In this document: positions 35,414 to 45,595 of the stretch, piece by piece
How the letters are laid out: each line of letters opens with the position of its first letter
Numbering within the stretch: the first letter of the stretch is position 1
Source of the DNA: Zootoca vivipara
Lineage: Eukaryota
Assembly (NCBI RefSeq): GCF_963506605.1
Contig: NC_083276.1
Coordinates: forward strand, 11,594,001-11,658,000
Reading direction: 5' to 3'
Length of the DNA stretch: 64,000 nucleotides
Notes under the pieces: generated by a model
Told to the model about the DNA's origin: nothing
The model's input: only the letters and a program-made list of their open reading frames with translations
The model's database searches: none
Program-made: the position numbers and the translations under genes

Positions 35414-37042
35414 GATGTCTTTTAGTCCAATACACTGCTCAGTGCAGGATCTACAATGCAGGATGCAACCGCAGTGTCCCTGGCAGGTGACCATTAAACA
35501 TCAACTTAAATGCACTCAGTGAATGATGGCCTGTTGCCTCCCAAGAGAGTCTGTTCCTAACAGTAAGAGCTATTTGACAGTGGAAGTTTTGCCTAATGTT
35601 CAGCTGAAACATGCTTCCCTGCAATTTCTATTCATTGGTTATATTCATGCTGTACAAAGCAACAGAGAACCTGTCTGCTCCATCTTCTGCACGGCAGTCC
35701 TTCAGGTATTTGAAGACCACTATAATGACTCCTCTTAAATCTTATCCTCTCCAGGCTACGCATATCTGCAGCGTTGATCCACTATTGTGTATTGTGGAAT
35801 AGCTAGGTCAGAAGATGTATTGTAAGAGGGTACATGAGAATTGGCCATCCTTCTCGACACTTGATCCTTATCCTTATTAATTGACAATAAATGCTATTCT
35901 GTGGTGTGGTGTGCCTTTTAGTCTGCACCCTTTAAAGAGTGATTTCAAGGCAGCACACTAAAAAACAAACAAACCCCAAGAAGGGAAAGTTAATTCTTTA
36001 GTTGTACTGAGCTGAAACTGTGCAAATACTCATTGGTTGTACAATTTCAAATTACAGCCCAGAGATCAAAATAGTTATTCAACCGGGCAATTGTTGCATT
36101 TGCAAAATTCCACAAGGTGGCAATGTTTGAGAAAATTATGGCCTGGTTTACTCTGCTCCCCACCCCATTAAAAGCTGTGCTTCATAAACCACTAACATTC
36201 TGTTTCTCAGTTCAGAACTGACTTCATCAGCACTGCTCCAGAAAGGTTTGAAGACTGTACCCTCAATTCTGCCTGAAAAAGGCAGCTGCAGAATAGCAAT
36301 TTTAAAAAGCTTTGTCCGCTGTTGCCAGCAACATTTGCTTAATAAATTATATTTCTATGGCCCTCTGTATTACTGTTCCTTGAATTTCAAGGTGGCTAGT
36401 AACATTAATTGTTATATCTGCCTTGTATTGGAAGTCATTTCTATTTTGCTTTTAAAAATAGGGAACTGAGGCTACCAAGTGAATTGACCCAGGCCTGCCT
36501 AGTAAATCTCTGTCCAAGCTGGTTATGGGCTTGAATATGGACATTTTATTATGTTTTCTGTATACATTAATGTGGGATATAATTATGTAAATATAGCTAA
36601 ATAAACAGTTTGGTGTGGGTAATGTGCATATTTATATTGTCACCAACTACTTGTAAGGCCGCTTTACACTTATTTTATCCACATGGAAAAATAGGACATA
36701 TATATCTGTGTTCAGCTTTCTGTGTTAATATCATATGAATATATATTTTGCTTTGACGAGTTGTGTTTGGGAGGCACAGTGCAGAATGAGCCTCAACCAA
36801 GCAGATGTGTTTTCGATCACATGACCCATCTTCCTATTGCTCCAGAACTATGGCCAGAGTGAATCCATCTTCTAGTTTCCTGGTTTGAATGATTACTCTT
36901 TACTGTAGTTCTTTCCTTGGCATGGGCATATGTGGACAACATATCTTGGGTTTTGCAAATGGTAAAATTTCTAAATAAATGGAGAAATAAATAAAATCCG
37001 GATATCTGGGGATTATGGTATGTCTACATAGGGTGGAATGGA

Positions 37043-37396
37043 GGGACGCGGATGGCGCTGTGGTCTAAACCACTGAGCCTAGGGCTTGCCGATCAGAAGG
37101 TCAGCGGTTCAAATCCCCGCGACGGGGTGAGCTCCCATTGTTCAGTCCTAGCTCCTGCCAACCTAGCAGTTCGAAAGCACGCCAAAAAGTGCAAGTAGAC
37201 AAATAGGTACCGCTCCGGCGGGAAGGTAAACGGAGTTTCCGTGCACTGCTCTGGCTAGTCATGCTGGCCACATGACCTGGAAGCTGTCTGCGGAAAAACG
37301 TCGGCTCCCTCGGCCAGTAATGCGAGATGAACACCACAACCCCAGAGTCGTCCACGAGTGGATTTAACTGTCAGGGGTCCCTTTACCTTTACCTTT
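37043..37396 (+). mobile_element. Sauria SINE
   Basis: Family head and (ACCTTT)n tail. Confidence 0.88.
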
Positions 37397-37531
37397 GGTT
37401 GGAAGATCCTGTCCCAAAGTTAATTTCTGTGAAAGCCAGGAATTAACTTTGGACCACAACTTATGGTTGTCTAACAGGCTGAATTCCTGCCGGGTGATCC
37501 TCAGCTTCAATGTCCGGCTCTGGCTTAGAGG

Positions 37532-38645
37532 CAGGGCCGGATTTAGGTTTGATGAGGCCCTAAGCTACTGAAGGTAACGGGGCCCTTTATATGTCCAGCT
37601 GCCCTTTGTCAACAACAAATTGTTGCTGTTTTTTGTGTTAAATATACAGTATGCCATATGGTAATTTATGGACCTAATAGGTATCTAAAGCCATTTGCAC
37701 ATGAATAATGTAGGCACCCTATATATAGAAATGAGAAAACCAGTGATATTTTAAGGAGCAGGCTAGCAGGCGGGGCCTATTAGTTACATCATAGGAGCCT
37801 ACACAACACAAAAAAGCGGTTGCTGTATGTAGGTTTTATTTTATTTGCTTTTAATATTATATTTTGGAAATGTACGTCTAGGGTTTTTTTCCTTTAATTT
37901 TTTTGGGGGTCCCCCAAGAGGGTGGAGCCCTAAACTACAGTGGCACCTCTACTTACAAATAACTCTACTTACGAATGTTTCTACTTGCGAATGGAGCTCC
38001 GTCCGCCATCTTGGATGCGGTTTAGATAGGATTTTTTCTACTTACGAATTTTTAGATAGGGTTGCTTCGACTTACGAATTTTTTCTCCCAATGCATTCCT
38101 ATGGGATTCGACTTACAATTTTTTTCGACTTACAAATGTGTGTTCAGAGCGCATTAAATTCGTAAGTAGAGGTACCACTATATAACTTGTTTAGCATATA
38201 TGTAAATCCAGCGCTGCCGCTGGCCTGTGTCCCTCAGGAAGTTGTCCATGAAGGAACGTTGTCCTTGGGCTTAAAAAATATTCCTCCACCCCCCCTTATG
38301 TATCTATTTAATTTATAAAAGTATTTATATACCACCCTCCCATGAAATATCAGGTCAGTGTACAGCAATATAAACACATTAAAAAGTAGTACCCCCCCAA
38401 AAAAACATTTAGCTTATACAGTGGTACCTCGACTTACGAAGACGATCCATTCCACGGCCGTCTTCGTAAGTCGAAGTCTTCAGTTGTCGAAGCGCCTGTT
38501 CTGCGCATGCGCAAAGCGCGATGCGTGGAACGCACATGCCGCACGCGGAGAAAAGACTTCTGGGGTTGTCGACTTCGGGAGTCGAAACCTTCGGAAGTTG
38601 AGTCGTTCGGATGTCGAGGTATGACTGTACGTAAATCCGGCACTG
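37532..38645. mobile_element. Composite hAT element with two right ends and two nested Tigger-type MITEs (37938-38180 and 38419-38627)
   Basis: Left TIR CAGGGCCGGATTTA; right TIRs ending at 38216 and 38645; TSD CTTAGAGG/CTTGGAGG matches only the outer end; both MITEs are TA-flanked. Confidence 0.78.
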
Positions 38646-39183
38646 CTTGGAGGCCAACAAGTGACACAACTTTCCTCACCGTGAAACGACTACGGTGTCT
38701 ATCATCGGTGGAATATCCAAGGAGAATAAGGATATCCATTTGCGCACATTGTGAAGCTGTAAAAAAATGCACAGAGGCCTAATGGAAATTGGACTGCTAG
38801 GCTCTGACGGCGGAAAGACCCACGGCAAATTCTGTTAACTGTGAACTCAGAATGCTGAAAATATGTTTATTGTTCTTTTGTCTTAACTGTGCTTGTAGGT
38901 TTGGTGTGGACATTTGTGATAAATTAATGGGCATTTATTTAAAAAATGGAGGAAGGGTACAACTGATAAGGAAAGCTGAACCTGCCTCTCTGTAATTCTT
39001 AGCTGGGAAGCAATAGACATAGCTTTATATATATATAAAGTGACAATATACTGCTTCTACTAGGCCTGGGGTAACTTTTTCAGGAGTAAAATCCCTCACC
39101 ATGCATACTGTGTGGATGGGACTGCTTGAAATTGAAGAAGCTCCTTCAGATAGCCTAGTCCCAAGCTTAGTCCCAAGAGAAAC

Positions 39184-39240
39184 TACTGAAGAAGCCCGTC
39201 ATATGGGCGAAACAGGCGAAAAACGCCGGCAGCCTGTCTA
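39184..39240 (+). ncRNA. Hammerhead ribozyme-like motif (type I topology, weak stem I)
   Basis: CTGAAGA-a-GCCC..GGGC-GAAA-CAGGC...GCCTGTC with a GUC cleavage triplet at 39236-39238. Confidence 0.5.
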
Positions 39241-39537
39241 TCATTGACACTTCGTTCGACCTGCTGCCACTTTGCTGACCGCTATATAGCCTCAAAGACC
39301 ATAAAGACTGGTTTGCCTTTCGGTATTTATTTGTATATGTTATCTGCTTGACGTTTGGTTTTGGCTTCTGTGTCAGCACTTGTATATGGTTCTCTTATTG
39401 TTTTCTTTTTGGATTAATAATACTTGATTGAAACTTGATTGAATCTTGTGCCCTTGCGTGCTGCTTGTTTTGTATTGGACTTTTGAAGAAATTGGCAGCA
39501 TTAGCCCATTATTTCTGTTTTTGTTTTACTCACAAGA

Positions 39538-39539
<2 letters not shown>

Positions 39540-39568
<29 letters not shown>
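39540..39568. repeat. (CAG)n microsatellite
   Basis: Direct reading. Confidence 0.9.
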
Positions 39569-39570
<2 letters not shown>

Positions 39571-40654
39571 GGGGGGTGGGGGCAGCCCTGGGAAGGTAAG
39601 CACAATGGCTGGGGCTGGGGGGTGGGGAGGAGGACTACTTGCCCCCCTCTCCACTTCTTCCAGCTCCCCACCCCCACCCCGGTGCTGCTTCTCCGGCCAG
39701 CCACAAGGTCTAAGGGGCAGTGGACTGGCCCGCAGCTAACTTTTTTTGCCAACCCCTGCCACAGGGCAACCCAGCCAGATGGTGGGCATAGAATTAAATT
39801 GTTGTTGTTGCTGCCAGCATCAGGGGGTGACATCCTAACAACCAGAGATTCCTCGCTCCCCAACTTTCCCAGACATTTTACATAGCCACATCGGCATGTT
39901 AGCATGGATAGTACAGTATTTCTTTAGAATCAGAATGACGATCACGATACTAATGGTACTTGTACTTTTATTTCTGTATCAGGAGGAGCATAGCCAGGAT
40001 ACAATCAACATTATTGCCGTACATAAGCACAATGTTTCACAGGCATGTGTGTACCATCTTGTTGGCTGCATACGTGTAGCAAGCATTCATATAATCCAAA
40101 AGGCAAACAATAATTATTTACAACCTATATCCTTAGGAAAGTCAAAGCCACTTACATATACTCCCTTCCATCTCTTATCCAAGCACTAAACTCCTGACTA
40201 GTAAGTTTTGTTTCTGAAGTCACTTGAACGCCAGTTTACAATCCAGTCACACTGAAGTACACAAACTTAACCCACTTCAGCCCCCATTCTGTAGGGGTAC
40301 TGTTGTGGTCAGAAGGTCCTCTTTATCAAGACAGTTGGATCTTATGACCCTTGTCTTAAGATTGAAGTCAACGAATACCGCTTTTGAATGGTTAGATGGA
40401 TTAATGAATGTGACAGCTTTGGTCTGCCCAACACATTTCTTTGGACGGAGAGTGACTACTCGTGATCATGTGGCTACATATCTGTACCTGGCCTGTGGGG
40501 GAGTTTCTCTTTAGTGCTCAGCAGAAGGGTACAAAACAACACTGGGGTGAACGAGTCACACTGGGGTGAATGAGTGTCAACAAATGAATACAGATTACGG
40601 TTGACAAGTCATAACTTATGATGTAGGCATTTTTACATCAACTAAAGCCCTCTT

Positions 40655-41075
40655 CAATACTTTGGCCACCTCATGAGAAGAGAAGACTCCCTGGAAAAGA
40701 CCCTGATGTTGGGAAAGAGAGAAGGGGACGACAGAGGATGAGATGGTTGGACAGTGTTCTTGAAGCTACCAACATGAGTTTGACCAAACTGCAAGAGGCA
40801 GTGCAAGACAGGAGTGCCTGGCGTGCTCTGGTCCATGGGGTCACGAAGAGTCGGACAGTAAGAGCTGTTCGGCAGTGGAATTTGCTGCCAAGGAGTGTGG
40901 TGGAGTCTCCTTCTTTGGAGGTCTTTAAGCAGAGGCTTGACAGGCATATGTCAAGAATGCTTTGATGGTGTTTCCTGCTTGGCAGGGGGTTGGACTGGAT
41001 GGCCCTTGTGGTCTCTTCCAACTCTATGATTCTATGATTCTATGATTCTATGATTCTAGGACTAAACAACAACAA
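40655..41075 (+). mobile_element. RTE-BovB 3' fragment interrupted by a CR1 3' fragment (~40855-41057)
   Basis: BovB-type YFGHLMRREDSLEKTLMLGK...MRWLDSV...WRALVHGVTKSRT and (CAA)n tail; the inserted piece matches 16412-16594 and ends in (ATTCTATG)4. Confidence 0.85.
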
Positions 41076-42826
41076 AGCAACTGGCACCATTGTCCTCCAC
41101 GTTTAGAAAAATACTTCAGCACCAGGATCCTTCTGCATTCCTTGCACAATTTAGAACACTGGCGAATCCGGTGCTCTAAATCACACGGGCAGCCTAAATG
41201 TGTACAGGAAGGTCCCTAAGGTTGGCTCTGCCATTAGGCAGAGTGGAGAGATTGCCTCAGGCAGATACTAGGTGGTGGAGACAAGCAGCAAGGTGCTGGA
41301 GGACAGAGCTGTGTGTGCCACAATATTGCCCTGTGTCCCCCCCTAGGTGAGCCCGCTGCCCTCAGGTGCACTGTTCTGCCTGCTGACAGTGTTGAAGTAA
41401 AGTTCAGTCAGCAGGAATAGGAGAAGGGGGGGCATCTTGTCTTTCACCTCAGGTAGCAAGTCTTGAGCTGGCTCTCCTCCATCACACAATAATGAGGGAA
41501 GAACAGCAGGAGAAGCTTGTTTTGTCTTGCAAAATTGCACGAGGAATTCTGCCTCGTTTCTCTACCTGGTTAGAAATGTGAGGAAGCGTGGGTCAGGACA
41601 AAACAGACACCAATTAAGTATGCACCGTGGCAGGTTTTCAAATAGTAAGGTGAGCAGTCCTTTGTATTCATCCTCTATCCACCATAAAACACATGATCTG
41701 CTCACGCAATCAGTTACACAGTTACACAGGAATTTTGTGTGTGTGTTGGCCTCCAGTTGGTAGGAAGCTGGCTGTGTGCAACATGTACCGGGTTCAACTT
41801 TTGACACCCCAGTGCAAAGGTTTGGAAAAAAAATATCTTTGCAGGGACATAGCTGAAACTGCTTCTTCTGTACAGTGGCAAATACATTTACCCAACTTGC
41901 CACAGGACGAGCATGAAGGCAAGCAACATTTTTCTTACAGCTACTTTTCACCCAGGTGACCAGATGTTGGCTAGTCCTGATATTATACATATATAAAACT
42001 TCAAAAGGCACGTTAACACATATCTTAAGACACTGGTGCTAAGATTTTTGTCATTAAACAGAAATTTCAGAAGTAACCCTTAGATATGCTGTTCTGCAAA
42101 ATGTTTAGGACTGATATGCAATTTCTTTTAGGTGTTGATACTTCAGTTTAACTGATAGTCTTGAAAACTGGCAAGATGCTTCGTGACTGGAAAGGGAAGA
42201 ATAAGCATTTGTAACATTTACAGTATTATTTCCATTTGGTCTATGTTTCAAAACGATCCTGAAATATGCCTATTGCTCAAAGATAATGAAAATATATTTA
42301 TATATACTTTTCATAAGACAGCAGCAGAAATACAGTTAAAAAAATAAAATCTAAAAAAGAAAACATCTCCTAATTCTCCCAGCACTAGCTTCCTAATACT
42401 CTGCAAATAATCTAGAACAAAATCATTGCTGTGATTTGATTCTCAAATGATTATGTTTAAACTTTTGTCCAGTCTTTATTCCTCTAAGTAGGTTTGAAGA
42501 AAGAACACTTGCGGAAATTAATAGAAAGGTTCTTTGTTGGTTTCACTAGAACTATGGATGTCTCTTGTCAGTAGCTTCCTTTGTCTATTTTTGTTTCCTT
42601 ACGATCCCATGCAACAAGTGTTTTTGTTAGGAACTATTTTTCTATATTTCAATGAGCTTGAAAACAGTACTGTAATTTTAAACAAAACATTTCTTCGATC
42701 CTTTTAATGCAATGTTTTATTTTCTTGCTGGAAAGAAGGCAACGAGTTTCCTAATTCTCCCCTGCCTAGAAAAGAGTTGCATCACATTTTTATGTATGCT
42801 TGAACTTTGAAGGAAAAGAAACCATC

Positions 42827-45595
42827 TTATTTTTGTGCCTCTTCAGGAATGCTTTGGGGCGGGGCTTTCCCTTTCTCTAGCAGTATCAATTCAGTTCTCG
42901 CAGAAGATGAAACAATGGTTGTGGTCTCTGAGGCTTCACTCTCTGCCATTGTCTCATTAGGTGGCAAGGATTCTTGCGCATCAAAAAAAGTTTCTGATTT
43001 TTCCGTCGGGCTTTCCTCATCCTGAGGTTTTTCTTCTTTTGGATCTGTCTCTTCTACTTTATCAGTTTCCCTACCCTTTTTTGTTGGAGATGAAAAACCT
43101 AACTTAGGGAATCTAAACCATCCAGCTTTTTCAGTTTGTTTGGCAGTGTCACTGTCTGATGTGGATGGGACATCGACTTGTGTCTCTTCTTGAAATGGTT
43201 TTTGAACTTCAGGTTTGGAATCTGCGCCTGTGTCATCAACAGAGGAAGAAAACCCAATACTTGGAAGCCAAAATTTAAACTTGCCAGAAGATCTCTTACT
43301 ATCAGATTTTTCCTTTGGCTCTGTTGTAGACTCTTCTTCAGCACCTGCGACTTCAGTTTCTTCGGTAATTTCTACAGCAGATTCGGACATCATCGAACTG
43401 TCTGCAAACTCATCAAAAGATTGTACTTCAACTGCAAATGCTTTCAGCTTTGCCAGCTTAGTAGTGGACGATGCTTCTTCAATAAGTTCTTGGCCTTTGT
43501 CTGATACTTTCAGTTCAGCAAAGCTGGTTGTTTCTCCTTCCTTTTCACCTGAAGGTTGGTGATCTTTACTCTCAAACATTTCATTCGTATATTCTGTAGA
43601 AGACAGTTTGACTGGCACATCCAAGCTCACAAGTGATTCCTGAATTTTCACTTTCAAAAGAGAAAACCCATAGGTGGCAGTTTGAACTTCTGATGGAGGA
43701 ATCTCTGATTCTCTCACTATCTGAGTTGAGAAAGATTCCTGACTTTCAGAATCGCAGGAGTCAAACGCAGATTTACCTTGTAGCCTTTTTCCGTTTCCTT
43801 CAAAGTATGGTCCTTCAATGTGCAGTGATGAACTTTGAATAAATGACTCAGTTGATGGAAGTTTACACTCAAGTTGTGTTGTCTGAATATCTGGTTCCGT
43901 CAGTGTTGTAATTTTAGCTACTGATTTTTGGATTTTACCGTTCATGGTGTCTATTTTTTCTGTAGGAAACTTAATGTTGAATTCCACTGGCCTCTGTGTG
44001 AGTGTTGTTGTCTCCTCAAAAGAAGGATCTGTAGATGGCAGTTTAGTTTCCACTTGTGTTCTTTGGATGTCAGACAATGTTGTAATTCTGACTGTTGATT
44101 TCTGGATATTACAACCAATGTCTTCTACCGTCTCACTGAGGAATGTGGTTCTGAATTCTTGTTGAGGGGCACCATCACCATCCGTATCAGTAGCAGCACA
44201 TTTCATGTGTGTTGTGTCTTCTGAAGTCAACACTTGTCCTTCAGCTACAGATGTGCTGTATGTGAACTTGGGTATTTTAAGCTTGCGAATATGGAAACTT
44301 AGCTCTGAATCTTCAAAAACTTGTTTGCCCGTGGTGTCTCCTGGTTTCCCCGCAAAGTCGAGTTTTCTACTTTTCATGTCAACAAACTCTTCTGCTTTTT
44401 GAGGCTGGATTCCGAATATCTCTCCTTCAGTTTTATCTAGTGACACCTCAGCCTCTGTCTTTGGTGGATCGGCATCAACTTCTGCACTTCGTGATTTGGT
44501 ACGTAAACTGCCAAACTTTGGCATCTTGAATTTTGATGATTTTGTTTTACTTGAGCCGTCTGTCTCTTCTGCTTTCACTTCTCCTTCCACGGGCACATCT
44601 TTTTCAAAGCCTTCTATTGGGTACTCTATTATTTCAAAGTCTTCATCGGTGACTGAAACATCCATTCCAACTTCTGGCGGTCTAACATCAGGCTCTTGCA
44701 AGTCAGATGCAACATCATCAGCTTTCTTGGTGGTTTTTGTGGTTGACCACCCAAAAGAAGGCACACTGAACTTTGGCATTTTGAATATGCTTTCTTTTCC
44801 TTGAGTATCTTTTTTGGGTGATTTTATTTGGCTCTCCTTTTCAGTCTTTGCATCAGGACTTTGCTCAGCGACGTTTGCCTCTGTAGTGATAGCATCAACT
44901 TTTTTCTCTGTTCCAGCCACAGTAATTTCAGTGGCAGGTGTCTCAGACACAGTTATGTCAACATCCACATTTGGGACACTGATTTCTGATGTAGGGGCAG
45001 TGGATGAAGTTTGGTGTGTCTGTACAATCTGTCCTTCAGCACCATGTTTAACTACATCAGCATATGTTGTAGTTATTCTATCACCAGCTTTTCCTGGGGA
45101 CTGTGATAAACTGCCTTCCCCCATCAATAGGCCAGTGCTGAAGTCCTTTTCCTTCTGTATTGAAACTCCATCTTTTGTAATGTCCTCTTCAGGAAACATG
45201 ACTTTCCCTTCTAAAATGTCCTGTCCAGAATACAATTCACTAACCACATGGGGAGACTGGGTTGCCATTTCAGGAGCTTCTATTTCTGCTTCAGCAAGAG
45301 GAGCTTTTCCTGTACTGCCATCTCCTTCAGCATCACCTCTTTTCCCCTTTGAAGATGATCGGCCAAATGAAGGCATCCTAAACTTTGGCATTTTAAACCA
45401 ACCTGGAGACTCCTCAGTATGAATCTCTCCAGACTTTGCTTCATGTTCTCCTAGTTCTTTTATATCCTGCTCAGCGGGGCTGCAAACAGATATGTCAGAG
45501 ACTTTGATGTCAACTCCGGGCATTTGAATTTCTCCAGCTGACAACTTTATTTCTGCATCAGTGGGTTCAGCTTTTACTTCCAAGGTTGGAGCTTC
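42827..45595 (-). CDS. AHNAK2: AHNAK2 giant exon, C-terminal 922 aa in a shifted frame
   Basis: Conserved C-terminal motifs FSTQIVRESEIP, TYGFSLLKVKI, FWLPSIGFSSSV, WFRFPKLGFSSP, FFDAQE and ARTELIL; TAA at 42829-42827. Confidence 0.9.
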   Translation of the reverse strand, partial: EAPTLEVKAEPTDAEIKLSAGEIQMPGVDIKVSDISVCSPAEQDIKELGEHEAKSGEIHTEESPGWFKMPKFRMPSFGRSSSKGKRGDAEGDGSTGKAPLAEAEIEAPEMATQSPHVVSELYSGQDILEGKVMFPEEDITKDGVSIQKEKDFSTGLLMGEGSLSQSPGKAGDRITTTYADVVKHGAEGQIVQTHQTSSTAPTSEISVPNVDVDITVSETPATEITVAGTEKKVDAITTEANVAEQSPDAKTEKESQIKSPKKDTQGKESIFKMPKFSVPSFGWSTTKTTKKADDVASDLQEPDVRPPEVGMDVSVTDEDFEIIEYPIEGFEKDVPVEGEVKAEETDGSSKTKSSKFKMPKFGSLRTKSRSAEVDADPPKTEAEVSLDKTEGEIFGIQPQKAEEFVDMKSRKLDFAGKPGDTTGKQVFEDSELSFHIRKLKIPKFTYSTSVAEGQVLTSEDTTHMKCAATDTDGDGAPQQEFRTTFLSETVEDIGCNIQKSTVRITTLSDIQRTQVETKLPSTDPSFEETTTLTQRPVEFNIKFPTEKIDTMNGKIQKSVAKITTLTEPDIQTTQLECKLPSTESFIQSSSLHIEGPYFEGNGKRLQGKSAFDSCDSESQESFSTQIVRESEIPPSEVQTATYGFSLLKVKIQESLVSLDVPVKLSSTEYTNEMFESKDHQPSGEKEGETTSFAELKVSDKGQELIEEASSTTKLAKLKAFAVEVQSFDEFADSSMMSESAVEITEETEVAGAEEESTTEPKEKSDSKRSSGKFKFWLPSIGFSSSVDDTGADSKPEVQKPFQEETQVDVPSTSDSDTAKQTEKAGWFRFPKLGFSSPTKKGRETDKVEETDPKEEKPQDEESPTEKSETFFDAQESLPPNETMAESEASETTTIVSSSARTELILLEKGKAPPQSIPEEAQK

